Source: a virus. From it: a DNA stretch of 64,000 bases. This document shows positions 44,009-55,081 of the stretch, piece after piece. Location of the stretch: positions 481-64,480 of IMG/VR virus record IMGVR_UViG_3300001848_000349, one strand, 5' to 3'. Made by a program: the position numbers and the translations under genes. A model generated the notes under the pieces. It made no database searches, had not been told where the DNA came from, and saw only the letters and a program-made list of their open reading frames with translations. Positions within the stretch are counted from its first letter, which is position 1. Each line of letters begins with the position of its first letter.

Positions 44009-47000
44009 TTATCCAGGTCCTGGATCTAATATATTATCTAATGGAAGATCAGCAATTTCAATGGATCTAATGTAATCTCCAGCTGAATGTGTCTGTGCTC
44101 CTGTATTTAAATATCCCCTGTCCTGAACAATAAATCTATCAGATTGTTTTGATGAGTAACGAACAATTTCTTTATTAATTAATAACAAACCACTAGATGG
44201 GAATCCAGTTGTACTGGTAACATATATTACTGTTAAAGAATTTGATAATGGAGCGTCCAAATATGTTCCAAATTCTTGTACAGAAGCAGGAACCAAATCA
44301 AAAATTTCTCCACCAGACATATAATGTGATAGTTTTCTATCAGCAAATTGTTCAATAGTTACATTAGGATAAGCAATTTCAAATTCTAATAAAGTCATTC
44401 CAGAAACATCAGAAGAACCGCTACCAGTAAATACATTGTTCTCATACAATCCTATATTAAATCCAGCATTTGTTAGACCATATCTTGTTAGAGTTTCTGA
44501 AGGTTTGTAATCAAATAATCCAACAACAGAATAACGATCAATTTCACGATTTACTGAAGCAATTGTAGTAGTTTGTAACTCTGGTCTAATTGTTGTTTTA
44601 ATGTCAATAGAGGCAGTAGGAGAAATAGATGTGGATGATTTTGTAACAATATCAGAAAGTAAAACATCAACAATACCAGTCGAAGCGTAACTTACTGTGG
44701 AAATTTTTTGTGCTGGCGTAACAATAGAAGAAATTTCTCTGTCTGATTTAATTTCTCCAAATGTAGCTCCAAATGATACAATTGATATAGCATTTGGTTG
44801 TTGTCCAGCAAGGAAAAATTGAATAGAAGTTGAAACTATAAGATTGGTAGAATCTATTTGAGGTGAAATTACAAAGCTGGTTACACTATCAATTTTTCTT
44901 TTGTTTGATTTAATTTTATTGTAACCCCTAGCAACTACAACCTTAGGTGGTTCGGTATATCCAGATCCACCCTCCACCAAAACAATATCTAAAATATCTC
45001 CACCATATGCTATGACTTCTGCTCTAGCACCGCCACCAAATTCTGTTTGAGGTACAAATTCAATTATAGGTGTAGTATAATATTGATAGGCAGTTGGTTG
45101 TAATAAAAGATTTTTTTCAAAGAAAAGTTCTAAATCTCTCTTATTCCAAATCAAATCAATAACAGATCCATTCTCGTCTATGACAGCATTAATACTTAAA
45201 CCTTCACCTCTTGTTATTTCATTGTAATTAGTTACTGTAATTTTTGAATACAAATCATTTGTTATAATTTGTTCATTAACGTAGTTCTTTTGTTTAACTA
45301 CATCAGGTACTGAAATAATTTCACGATAAGAATTTTCTCCATCAATTTGAATTAAATCGCCAGGACTTAAAGAAACAATGGATCTTTCTTTTCTGTAAGT
45401 TTCTATATCATCTCCTAATGAATAACCATATAACCATAGTGGTTGTCTTTTTCCTCTAACAAGAATTCTTTCCCCATCAGAATTTAAAGCATACTGTGAA
45501 CTAATAGTATATGTGCCAGATAATGTATATGAATTTTTATCATTGACTACAAATTTTAAAGCATTGTTATTAATCAAATTAAGATCATTTAATGGAGTTA
45601 AAATGGTAAATTTAATATTGTTTGAAACTTTATCTACTTTCTTAAGTTCACCTAATAAGTTATTATTCTGAAATACTTTTACATTTTGACTGTAGAATTC
45701 TGGAGAATGATTACTATACGATGCTGTTAAAGTATCAAAATTTTGTATTAGATTAGATCCAGATACAGTTAATGTTATTTTATTATAGAATGTATCTGGC
45801 TCATAATCATATGCTGTAATAGTTTTAGGTAAATCTCTACCATATAGTAAAATAATAGAAACATTTTGATGAACCTCAGATCCATCTGTGAAAACATATT
45901 TTTTAAGAGGAGCTGTAAATGTTATATTTGGTCCAACAATATCATAAGATTTTTTCTCTTGCTGTAAAACACCGTCAATAAAGACCAAAGCAAATGAAGC
46001 GTCATCTATTTTTCTTACTCTACCAGTAACTTCATCTTTAATTAAATAAGGACCATTTCCACGATATTCAATAGTTTTACTATCAATAGTTAATCTTTCA
46101 TAATTGCCAACACTAAATCCAAAGAATTTTTCTGGAAGATCATCAGTTGTTACTGGATTTATTGGAGGATTTTTAAATACAATTTTATCAGTCTCTTGAA
46201 TATCATCAGATCTTAAAATGTAATAAGAATTTCCATATGGTGTGAGAGAATCTTGTTTTGCTTTTTGTAATACACCATTCAAGAATATTAATAGATTTTC
46301 ATTTTCATCTGTTTTGACGATAGATCCATCTTTATAATATAATTCAAATATTCTATCAACCCCATTAAATTGATCACTAATATCTTGTAAAGATTTGAAG
46401 TATTTTGTATTCAAATCATTATTTTTAAATTTAATTATTCTTCCATAGAAATTTTGACTTTCTACTGTTTGTCCTTCTATAATTCTTTCGCCCAGTGGAG
46501 GTTGGGAGAAAGAAAGTTGAGTTCCAGAAACAACAAATGCTTTTCCTGGTTCTTGAATTATACCATCTAAAGATACAATTAAATTATCTACATCAGAAAC
46601 TGATAAAGGTAAATTAGTTTTTTTGTCATACATTGTAAAAACAGTATCACCTTCAGATTTTGTTGTATCTGTTTGATCGTCACCATTAAATGGTGTCAAT
46701 AATCCAAACTCTCTAGAGAATAATTCTGAAGAATCAAAAGTGTCTACCGATATAGACCCTAAACCTCTTTCTACCAATAAGCTATCAACTGATAATAAAG
46801 TATTAGTAATTTGCTGTTTTGTACTAACAACAGTTAATGAAATAGGTGGTAAACTGATACAACTATAAGATTCTACTATTCTTTGCTCCGTGGGCATTCT
46901 AGTAGAAGCTTCAGTTTCAATTAAAACTTCACCAAACAATTGGAATCCAGCTGGATGTGTTGTCTGTTTAATTAAATCTCTCCAAACATCGATTGGTGTT

Positions 47001-50000
47001 TTAGATTTAATTACATAAGAATAATCTTGATAGAAATAAGAATCTGTTAATTTTTGAGAATTGGCACTTAGTTGTCCTCTATCAGAAGCATAATATCCAA
47101 TATTATCATAAGAAGATTTTACTTGTGGAACAAATTCAGTATAAATTTTTGATTTAATAATTGCTGATGCTTTGCTTGATTGTCCTACTATAGGGTAACC
47201 AGATTCAAATATACCATTTATTCTGTATACTTTTAATAAATTAGTTCCAGGTCTCCATCCAGATGAAGATACAACAGCAGATGCTCCAGTGTATTCTTGT
47301 GTTACTATTTCACCATCTGTGAAATTTTTAGTAATTTGTTTTAATTCAAAAACAGTATTTGAAGTAAAGGATGATAATGTTGTTTTATCATTATTAAAAT
47401 TGACTCCGTTTTGTATAATTTTTACATTTTGTGGAACGCCAATATTATTTGATCCCAAATAGATTTTCAAATCTGTTTCAATAACTTTTAATGTTGGTGA
47501 ATATGTGTAACCATACCCAGCATTTACTACCTTAACATTTTTTATTTTTCCATCCAATAAAACTACGTCAAAGGTAGCACCATTTCCATCTCCATTCGTA
47601 ACAACAACTTTAGGTTGAGAATAAGACTCACCTTGAGTTACAACAGTTACTCCTTTTATTTGTTTCTTAATTGAATCATAAATTGCTTCAATTTTTGCTT
47701 CTTTAGATGAAGTTGGGACAACACCAACAACATTAGGAACTTTTTTGTAATCTGAACCAGTATCTAAAATTTTGATACTATTAATTTTACCAACAGCATA
47801 TTCTGATGAAGTTGTGTAAGTTATTTTTCCACTACCATCATATGCTGGTATAGAACTTAAAGAATAAACAAATTTATTATTTGTGGTGTAAATAATTCTC
47901 TTTTCGCCAGTCAAAGGATCATCTTTAATTTTTAAGAAAGAATCTTCGGTATTTACATTATTAGAAGCTTTAATAAAATAGAAGAAAGCACTATAGTTTA
48001 AAGGAATTTTATCTTCGTAGTTGTTTAGAGAAATATTTGCTCCAAAACCAAATTTAACACTTAAAAATGATCCAGGATTGCCTGGGCTTATATTGTTTAC
48101 ATATTTCTCTTCAGTGTAAATATTTTTATTAGCACTGGCAGAAAAATCTAGATATGTATCAACCATTGAATAATGGCTGGTATCAAATTTATATTTGTAG
48201 TATTTTTGTACATCTATAACAGGATTAGTTACAAATGAAATATTATCTCTCGAAAATTCTAATTGATATTCTGGATCTGTTACCGTTTTAATACTTACTA
48301 ATTTTGCTGGTGTACTATTATCATAAAATGTAGAACTCAATTGTAAAACAATTGGAGAATTTACACCATAAGAATAAGATACATTAATTTTTTTAATATC
48401 AGATTGATATGAAATATAATATGGTTTACTTACATCAGAACCAAAAGGTCTGTATCCATCAGTAAATCTATAATTTGCTTCATATAATGATACTTCTTTT
48501 CCATCATAATGATTTACTGCTGTAGTTCCTTCTTGTGATCTAATTACATCTACAGTTTTTTTATTGGTATCGACATTTGTTATTTTTACAATTTCGTTGC
48601 CTATTTTTAAATAGTCATCATTAGATAAATTTGATACATTAGATAGTTTTAATAATGTATTATTATATCCAAATCCAGCATGATCTACTTCTATTAATAT
48701 TCTTTGATTATTAATAGATCCAGGTGATCTATGTAAATTATCATCTGATATTGTAAGTCTATCGCCTTTTCTATAATTTTTTCCTTTATCAGTTATAATA
48801 ATATTTTGTACTCCACCAAAACCACCAGGAAAAATAACTACAGTTGCTTTAGCATTGTAAGCATCACCTGGAGCTCCTATATTGTTTCGTACCAAAGATT
48901 GATCTTGGAATACCAATTCAACATCAGTATAAGTGCCAGATTGATAATCTAAACCAGTATTTAAATATGTAAAATTACCAACACCAGTATCTGATATTGT
49001 GGACGAATGACTTACTTCATTTAAAATTGCTGATTGGTATAATCTTTTTCTAACATAGTATTCAGTTTCAGTTGTAGTATCATCTGGTGAAACATCAACT
49101 GTTACAATATCACCAACTGCTAATTGATGAGGTTCTGAAGTATTGATAATTGCTATATTGTCATTTAAATCAAAAATTTCTAAGTTTTCACTTAATGATA
49201 AAATGGTAAGTATTTTTGCTTTTGGAGTATCATCTAAATTACTACTCTTTAAAAAATAGTTGTCATCAATAATAAAATCTGTTGTTGAGGTCACTTTTAT
49301 TTTTAAAGAGTTTTGCCTTAAAGTACCTTCTAGTATTTCTCCAAAAGCAATATCAGAATCTTCTTTTCCTTTTCCATCAGTTAAAGTTACAATAGATCCT
49401 TTAGTAAATGAAGCATTTTTGTCTAAGATAACATTAATTACTTTTGTTTGAGAAAATAACCTATCAGTTAAATTGAATTTTTTTTCTGATAAAGTTACAG
49501 AAAATTCACAATTTCTTAATACAAATGTGTTAGTATTAAATACATTACCAATTAATGTTCCAGATGCCAAAATTTCTCCATCACTATTTCTTTGTTCAAT
49601 AGCATCCCCTTCAAACAAATAGGCATTACTAACTAAAGAAATTTGTACTGCTTTTGTTTGATTAGATTCTAATGATAATACTTCCTTTCCTTTTACTGTA
49701 GCAACAGCAGCTGTTACGCCTGCTCCTTCTGTTAAAGAATTATTAATAATCAAATCATTATTAACAGAAAAATTGGGAATTGAAGATTCAACAATACATG
49801 AGTTAATATTTCCAGATTTTACGTCTTGAATTAAGCAATAAACGTTGTCTCCATTTTTTTCAGAATATTCAGATCTTAAACGCTTGGCAGAAATAGGAAG
49901 ATCATCCTGAGAAATATTTGAATTATAATTGGAGTCTACAGGAAGTGAATAGAAATTTGCTCCAATAATATATGGGAATACTGGAGTATTTGAACTATCG

Positions 50001-52579
50001 ATAGTTAAGAAGTAAGCATATACTCCTTGTGGATAATCTGGAGTTACACAGAATCTTCCATTATTTTGATCTAACTCTGTCTTTCCAGAATTTATACTTG
50101 GAACCCAAACATAATCATCTATAAAAGATCCAGCTGGATAATCACCAATAGAAGGTCCATTTTCTCTAGAAGAATTTAATTGATAACCGCTAGCAAGTCT
50201 AATTATTGAAGAATTTGAATCTAAAGGATTTGAATGCCCATAAGGTCCGTAAATTGGATTACCATCATAAGCATATCCTAAAATAGGAGAATGTGTTAAT
50301 GTATTAGTTTCACTAAACCCAGCAGTTATATTGTCGTTAATTTTATATCTTAAAAGTTTTGGATTAGCAATCACTCCATATCCATAATTTTTTGTTGGAT
50401 TGTAATTGATGAAAGGAAAAGCATTATTAATGTCTAATGTATCAGAAATTTTTGTGTATCTATTTTTTACCCATTTTTTAATAGAGGCCGTTGCTTGAGC
50501 ACCAAAACCCACTGCTTCTACTGTAACTTTAGTAGTTTCTCTCGTATAAAATCTTCCGTAATTAATTGATTTACAAGATTCTATTTTACCCTCTGGTGAA
50601 AGTACTGCTTCATACTCAGCAAAACTTCCTTTTCCTAAGTCATCAGTAATTTTGATGATTGGTGGTGATGAATAGTATTCACCTGGATCATCAACTCTAA
50701 TGCTAGTAATCTTTCCGTTAGTAACTATAGCTGTTAATTTTGCTCCTCTTCCAGAAGTTATTGTGATTTCTGGATCTTCTGTAAAATTTTCATCAGTATC
50801 AATAAGAATAGAATCTACAGTTTCTCCTGATAAAACAGATCTTGCTTTATTAGGAGTATTATTAACTAAAACAAAAGGAGCAGATTTGTAACCATTTCCT
50901 TTATAAGTTACTTTACTTTCTACAATTTTTCCATATTTTACATATTCTTCATCTTTATATCCAACAGCTAAAGTTCCATCTACAAAAATGCCCACATCTC
51001 TTGTTGAAGTTTTATATACTTCTGTTGTAATTGTTGGGCGTTTTCTAATTAATCTTAAGATTTTTTGATCTTCTAAGATAATGCTGCTATCAATGTCATT
51101 ATTAAAAATACTAGTATATGAAGGGAAACTAGATGAACAAACATAATAATATTGATCATCTTCATAAACAGCAGAAACATCAGAAATAAACTTATTAACT
51201 TTAGAGTTTATTTGCGGAGAAAGAGCAGTTGCTCTAGAAGAACTGTCATTAATTTGCCAACGAATTGATTCGCTAAATTTATCAAAAATAATAGGATCTC
51301 TTGTGGAAAAACCAGAATCAGAAATTTCTATAGTATCGTTGGTACTAGCATAAGGACTTGGGTTAGTTGGAATTAGATTGTAGACAACTCCAACAGTAAT
51401 TAACTTTACTATGCCAGTGTCATATGTTCCTTGCAAAGTTGAGTAATTATATACTGTTTGACCAACTCCATGTGTTTGGGGATTGATTCTAGTATCAATA
51501 ATAAATTGATTTACATTTTTCTGTGTAAATGTGATAACCTCATTGCCAATTAATAATTTTCCTTGCTTACCCCAACCTAAAGTTGAATATACATCAACTC
51601 TATCGCCAGTAGATTCTGTAACTGATAAATTATTTTTTAATGTAGTTCTTGAATAAACATTGAATTTGCCATTCACAGATGATGGTTGTAACACTAATTC
51701 GTAAATGTCATCCCCTTCAAAGTTACCAGAATATAAAACATTGTCAACAACAGCAGAAGCATAACCAATAGATTTATCATAATCGTCTAAATTTTGTACA
51801 ATTAAATTCCCTACTAATTTTTGAATGTCGCCAGATACAACTTTCACTTTTAAAGCATATGCCGTAGTCCAATCAGAAGTAGAAGACTTTAATGTAAAGT
51901 CTTTTGGATTGTAAACACTTACCTGTTCATTATTGTCTTTTGAGACAATAGAGTTAAAAATAAATTTTATAGACTTCTCAGTTCCTTTTGATTTATAAAA
52001 TTTACCTATATTCTTGATTAAAGTTCTTTTATCTACATTTGTCTTTAAATATTGCTCAGGAAAAGCACCTAAGTACTGTGATTCAAAACTTTTTACTAAA
52101 GCATAAAGAAATAGATTACTGATGTTAGTAACAACATCTCCTTGATAATGTGGAGCTGCTTGAGTTGTTATAAACTCAGATTCCTTGTATAGATTTCCTA
52201 AAGTAGTATTTCCACTTACTCCTCTAGAAACATATAAAAATTGAGTGTCGGTCTTTTCTTTGTAGAAGCAGATTTCATCACCTATTTGAATATAACCGTT
52301 TTTATCTGGAAATGAATCTGTTGATGCTACACTAATAGAAGTGACGTTCGCTAAAATACTTGCCGATAACGTAGTTGTTTGTTGTAATAAATCGTTTTCA
52401 TATGTATTGATATCACGATATTTTGTGATATTATTAATAATATCTAGAGGCTGACCTTTTATTTCTAACTGCTCGTAGTATTTCTCTACAAACTTAGAAA
52501 ATTCTGTATAATCACTTGTTATGAATGAAGGTAGTTGAGACTCTACAAGAGTCGAAATTGTTTTTGTCTTAGCAGCCAT
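44009..52579 (-). CDS. gp7: Baseplate wedge initiator gp7-like protein, expanded (2856 aa), with a YHYH-like domain
   Basis: SQLPSFI...FVEKYYE, KNIGKFYKSKGTEKSIKFIF, SYFYQDYSYVIKS and HPAGFQLFGE motifs; HSPILGYAYDGNPIYGPYG...GRFCVTPDYP.G.YAYF; lies between gp6 and gp8. Confidence 0.85.
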   Translation of the reverse strand: MAAKTKTISTLVESQLPSFITSDYTEFSKFVEKYYEQLEIKGQPLDIINNITKYRDINTYENDLLQQTTTLSASILANVTSISVASTDSFPDKNGYIQIGDEICFYKEKTDTQFLYVSRGVSGNTTLGNLYKESEFITTQAAPHYQGDVVTNISNLFLYALVKSFESQYLGAFPEQYLKTNVDKRTLIKNIGKFYKSKGTEKSIKFIFNSIVSKDNNEQVSVYNPKDFTLKSSTSDWTTAYALKVKVVSGDIQKLVGNLIVQNLDDYDKSIGYASAVVDNVLYSGNFEGDDIYELVLQPSSVNGKFNVYSRTTLKNNLSVTESTGDRVDVYSTLGWGKQGKLLIGNEVITFTQKNVNQFIIDTRINPQTHGVGQTVYNYSTLQGTYDTGIVKLITVGVVYNLIPTNPSPYASTNDTIEISDSGFSTRDPIIFDKFSESIRWQINDSSSRATALSPQINSKVNKFISDVSAVYEDDQYYYVCSSSFPSYTSIFNNDIDSSIILEDQKILRLIRKRPTITTEVYKTSTRDVGIFVDGTLAVGYKDEEYVKYGKIVESKVTYKGNGYKSAPFVLVNNTPNKARSVLSGETVDSILIDTDENFTEDPEITITSGRGAKLTAIVTNGKITSIRVDDPGEYYSSPPIIKITDDLGKGSFAEYEAVLSPEGKIESCKSINYGRFYTRETTKVTVEAVGFGAQATASIKKWVKNRYTKISDTLDINNAFPFINYNPTKNYGYGVIANPKLLRYKINDNITAGFSETNTLTHSPILGYAYDGNPIYGPYGHSNPLDSNSSIIRLASGYQLNSSRENGPSIGDYPAGSFIDDYVWVPSINSGKTELDQNNGRFCVTPDYPQGVYAYFLTIDSSNTPVFPYIIGANFYSLPVDSNYNSNISQDDLPISAKRLRSEYSEKNGDNVYCLIQDVKSGNINSCIVESSIPNFSVNNDLIINNSLTEGAGVTAAVATVKGKEVLSLESNQTKAVQISLVSNAYLFEGDAIEQRNSDGEILASGTLIGNVFNTNTFVLRNCEFSVTLSEKKFNLTDRLFSQTKVINVILDKNASFTKGSIVTLTDGKGKEDSDIAFGEILEGTLRQNSLKIKVTSTTDFIIDDNYFLKSSNLDDTPKAKILTILSLSENLEIFDLNDNIAIINTSEPHQLAVGDIVTVDVSPDDTTTETEYYVRKRLYQSAILNEVSHSSTISDTGVGNFTYLNTGLDYQSGTYTDVELVFQDQSLVRNNIGAPGDAYNAKATVVIFPGGFGGVQNIIITDKGKNYRKGDRLTISDDNLHRSPGSINNQRILIEVDHAGFGYNNTLLKLSNVSNLSNDDYLKIGNEIVKITNVDTNKKTVDVIRSQEGTTAVNHYDGKEVSLYEANYRFTDGYRPFGSDVSKPYYISYQSDIKKINVSYSYGVNSPIVLQLSSTFYDNSTPAKLVSIKTVTDPEYQLEFSRDNISFVTNPVIDVQKYYKYKFDTSHYSMVDTYLDFSASANKNIYTEEKYVNNISPGNPGSFLSVKFGFGANISLNNYEDKIPLNYSAFFYFIKASNNVNTEDSFLKIKDDPLTGEKRIIYTTNNKFVYSLSSIPAYDGSGKITYTTSSEYAVGKINSIKILDTGSDYKKVPNVVGVVPTSSKEAKIEAIYDSIKKQIKGVTVVTQGESYSQPKVVVTNGDGNGATFDVVLLDGKIKNVKVVNAGYGYTYSPTLKVIETDLKIYLGSNNIGVPQNVKIIQNGVNFNNDKTTLSSFTSNTVFELKQITKNFTDGEIVTQEYTGASAVVSSSGWRPGTNLLKVYRINGIFESGYPIVGQSSKASAIIKSKIYTEFVPQVKSSYDNIGYYASDRGQLSANSQKLTDSYFYQDYSYVIKSKTPIDVWRDLIKQTTHPAGFQLFGEVLIETEASTRMPTEQRIVESYSCISLPPISLTVVSTKQQITNTLLSVDSLLVERGLGSISVDTFDSSELFSREFGLLTPFNGDDQTDTTKSEGDTVFTMYDKKTNLPLSVSDVDNLIVSLDGIIQEPGKAFVVSGTQLSFSQPPLGERIIEGQTVESQNFYGRIIKFKNNDLNTKYFKSLQDISDQFNGVDRIFELYYKDGSIVKTDENENLLIFLNGVLQKAKQDSLTPYGNSYYILRSDDIQETDKIVFKNPPINPVTTDDLPEKFFGFSVGNYERLTIDSKTIEYRGNGPYLIKDEVTGRVRKIDDASFALVFIDGVLQQEKKSYDIVGPNITFTAPLKKYVFTDGSEVHQNVSIILLYGRDLPKTITAYDYEPDTFYNKITLTVSGSNLIQNFDTLTASYSNHSPEFYSQNVKVFQNNNLLGELKKVDKVSNNIKFTILTPLNDLNLINNNALKFVVNDKNSYTLSGTYTISSQYALNSDGERILVRGKRQPLWLYGYSLGDDIETYRKERSIVSLSPGDLIQIDGENSYREIISVPDVVKQKNYVNEQIITNDLYSKITVTNYNEITRGEGLSINAVIDENGSVIDLIWNKRDLELFFEKNLLLQPTAYQYYTTPIIEFVPQTEFGGGARAEVIAYGGDILDIVLVEGGSGYTEPPKVVVARGYNKIKSNKRKIDSVTSFVISPQIDSTNLIVSTSIQFFLAGQQPNAISIVSFGATFGEIKSDREISSIVTPAQKISTVSYASTGIVDVLLSDIVTKSSTSISPTASIDIKTTIRPELQTTTIASVNREIDRYSVVGLFDYKPSETLTRYGLTNAGFNIGLYENNVFTGSGSSDVSGMTLLEFEIAYPNVTIEQFADRKLSHYMSGGEIFDLVPASVQEFGTYLDAPLSNSLTVIYVTSTTGFPSSGLLLINKEIVRYSSKQSDRFIVQDRGYLNTGAQTHSAGDYIRSIEIADLPLDNILDPGPG

Positions 52580-52584
52580 CTATC

Positions 52585-54384
52585 TTATTCTGAATAAGTA
52601 GTGAATTTACTTTGGGCAATATCTACGTCGATATATGCTTCTCTTAAAACATTGATATCTCCATGCTTTGGTCTAACTCTCAATTCAATTCTGTTATCAT
52701 CAAATGATCCTTTAATGATCGTTAAATTATACATCATAACTTCACCTTTCATATAATCAACCTTACCCAAGGCGTCATTCAATACAACCTTTGTGCCAGT
52801 TAATGAATCTAATCTATATAGGACCAGAACTCCATTACGATCTTCAACATAGCAAGTATAATTAGGATATTCGCTTACAACAAACCCAGTTGATTGAACA
52901 ACAGGTCCTTCACAATCATCAGCAAATTCATTTTGATAACATATCTCATAATAGAAAGTGGAATTCAATGTTGGATAGAAATCTTTTCTCAATACAATAT
53001 GAGTATCATTAGAATTAATTGATTGATCAGCATTATCGATCGTACCGATAATTTTACTTAATCTAAATTTACCATTGAATTTTTCAACATCAGATTGAGC
53101 AAGATATTTTTCTACAGATTGAATGATTTTCTTTTTAATCTCTGGAGTAGATAATGTCGTTCTTGATCGACTAAAAGAAACACTACTAATAATTTCAATA
53201 TACAATATAGATGGGTCTACAATTTCTGGTACAACAGATCCAACCATATATGATTTTAATTTATTGACAATCTCTCTTTTTGTAACAGCAGATAAAGAAG
53301 AAGTATTCTTTGGTTTAATAACAATCTTAACTTTACCATATTCTGGTGGTACTTCATTCTCTCCACCATATGTAATGATGTCAGAAATTGCTGGATAGAT
53401 ATTTCTTACAATAGCAGCGTAGTCTTGTGCTGTTACAGCTCGATCTTGTGTACCAAAATATTTTGGAGCATTAAATTTGATTTTATCAATGCTTTCGATG
53501 TCCTCACCACCATTAGCAGCTGATGTAGTAGTAAGACTAGCAATTGTGAAAGGATAATTTGTTGTACCATTGATATCCTGTAAAACACCAGCAAAAGTAA
53601 ATTGCTTGGCACCATTGGTAGCAGAAGCATTTGTAATCAAATATGTGATCTCAATATAACTACCATTTTCTAATTTCTTGCCAATAACACCATCACCAAA
53701 GAAAATTTCATAATTCTCATCTTCAATCTCTTCTACAAAAAAGACATTTGAGTTTGAGTTAACAGAAAGAATATTATTTGAATATTCAAACGTTTTAAAT
53801 GCTGTAGATGTAATACTATCAAAAACTCTTACTCTAATTGACGAAACATCCAATCCTACGTTTTGAATAACAAATCTTTGACTTTTTAATGAAGTATTGA
53901 CTGTATAATAGTTTTTAACAATCGTACCTTCATAAATTGGTAAATTTGTAAATGTAGCTATACCATTAACTACTGATGTTGTAATATCATCCACTACAAC
54001 ATATTCATACAGATCACTATCAAATACGGTTGTAAATCCTGTTCCTTTCTTTAACGTAATTGTATTTGGATATGTTCCCGTAAAATTAACCTGACAAGTT
54101 ACATTTGCCTTCGGAGCAACTGCTGACTTTGGTGTGTATCCTAATTGCTTGGCAATCGCTACTACATTATCTCTTAGCGTAGCAGAATCAAGAAATAACT
54201 CATTCACCACCATGTTGGTGTTGAATGCTGTGTAATACGTATTATATGCTAATACATCCAGTAATGTGCTCCATACAGAACCTTCAAAGTCATAACTAGT
54301 AAAGTCCGACTGTGACTTTAAATAATCCTTTAAAGCTGTTTTAATTTGATTAAAATCTAAATTAGAAACCTGAACGTATGGCAT
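52585..54384 (-). CDS. gp6: Baseplate wedge protein gp6
   Basis: LDFNQIK..LK.YL...FT.YDFEGS, ELFLDSATLRDNVV, QDRAVTAQDY motifs. Confidence 0.95.
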   Translation of the reverse strand: MPYVQVSNLDFNQIKTALKDYLKSQSDFTSYDFEGSVWSTLLDVLAYNTYYTAFNTNMVVNELFLDSATLRDNVVAIAKQLGYTPKSAVAPKANVTCQVNFTGTYPNTITLKKGTGFTTVFDSDLYEYVVVDDITTSVVNGIATFTNLPIYEGTIVKNYYTVNTSLKSQRFVIQNVGLDVSSIRVRVFDSITSTAFKTFEYSNNILSVNSNSNVFFVEEIEDENYEIFFGDGVIGKKLENGSYIEITYLITNASATNGAKQFTFAGVLQDINGTTNYPFTIASLTTTSAANGGEDIESIDKIKFNAPKYFGTQDRAVTAQDYAAIVRNIYPAISDIITYGGENEVPPEYGKVKIVIKPKNTSSLSAVTKREIVNKLKSYMVGSVVPEIVDPSILYIEIISSVSFSRSRTTLSTPEIKKKIIQSVEKYLAQSDVEKFNGKFRLSKIIGTIDNADQSINSNDTHIVLRKDFYPTLNSTFYYEICYQNEFADDCEGPVVQSTGFVVSEYPNYTCYVEDRNGVLVLYRLDSLTGTKVVLNDALGKVDYMKGEVMMYNLTIIKGSFDDNRIELRVRPKHGDINVLREAYIDVDIAQSKFTTYSE

Positions 54385-54780
54385 TTATCGAGTTCTCTCT
54401 AAGAAAAATTGAATTTCGATTGGTGGATCATCTTCTCTTCCAACAATGTCCAAAATCAATTCAACATTATAACCATCGTTATCATAATCAATCGATGTCG
54501 TAATCTCATTAATATTAACACGACGCTCGTATCGATCAATTACATACGAAATTTCTTTTTGTACGGTTGTAGCAGTGGCAACATCCAAAGGTTCAAAAAG
54601 TATCTTATTTAAACTAGAACCAATCTTAGAATTAAATAATCTCTCACCTTTGATTGTTAATAATAAATTTGCCACCGATTGTTTAATATCAGCCTCATCC
54701 TTTTTAACGGTGAGATCACCAGTTACAGGATGAGGCTTAAATGTGATATTCAGATCTTTAAAGGTCTGGAACGTAGGCAT
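54385..54780 (-). CDS. gp25: Baseplate wedge subunit gp25
   Basis: FKDLNITFKPHPVTGD...IKQSVANLLLT..GERLFN..IGS...LFEP...ERRV. Confidence 0.95.
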   Translation of the reverse strand: MPTFQTFKDLNITFKPHPVTGDLTVKKDEADIKQSVANLLLTIKGERLFNSKIGSSLNKILFEPLDVATATTVQKEISYVIDRYERRVNINEITTSIDYDNDGYNVELILDIVGREDDPPIEIQFFLERTR

Positions 54781-54793
54781 TGAAAGAGGTTTT

Positions 54794-54804
54794 TATTTAT
54801 TTAT
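54794..54804 (-). promoter_or_regulatory. Late promoter(s) ATAAATAAATA upstream of gp25
   Basis: Two overlapping tatttat copies on the + strand. Confidence 0.7.
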
Positions 54805-54806
54805 GG

Positions 54807-54995
54807 TCATTCATGCCACCTTTCAACAAAATCATCAAATCCACCTTTACCACCACAGGGTCGAGAATATCGATCTGTAGGGGGATCATTTACTTTTTTA
54901 TTTGAATTCAGAGCACCATAATCGGTTATTAACCGATCGGTGCCCCAATTCTCTAACATGTATTTTACGTCTCGATCGACTTGGTATTTTGACAT
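54807..54995 (-). CDS. Small hypothetical protein (62 aa)
   Basis: ORF track; GGAG RBS; C-terminal CGGKGGFDDFVERWHE. Confidence 0.7.
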   Translation of the reverse strand: MSKYQVDRDVKYMLENWGTDRLITDYGALNSNKKVNDPPTDRYSRPCGGKGGFDDFVERWHE

Positions 54996-55081
54996 CTGTT
55001 TTCTCCATAAGAATCAAACAGAACTTTTAAAGGGGTTCCTATCCCTCTGTATAATGTTTCAGAGTCACACCCCCATAATAT

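Noticed and set aside
51302-51310. Single TGTGGAAAA (DnaA box) in gp7
   Set aside because: Isolated and coding (G-F-S-T); about one chance hit is plausible in 64 kb.
55027-55055. + strand TATAAT as an antisense promoter
   Set aside because: Only a 3/6 -35 match and no operator; likely chance.
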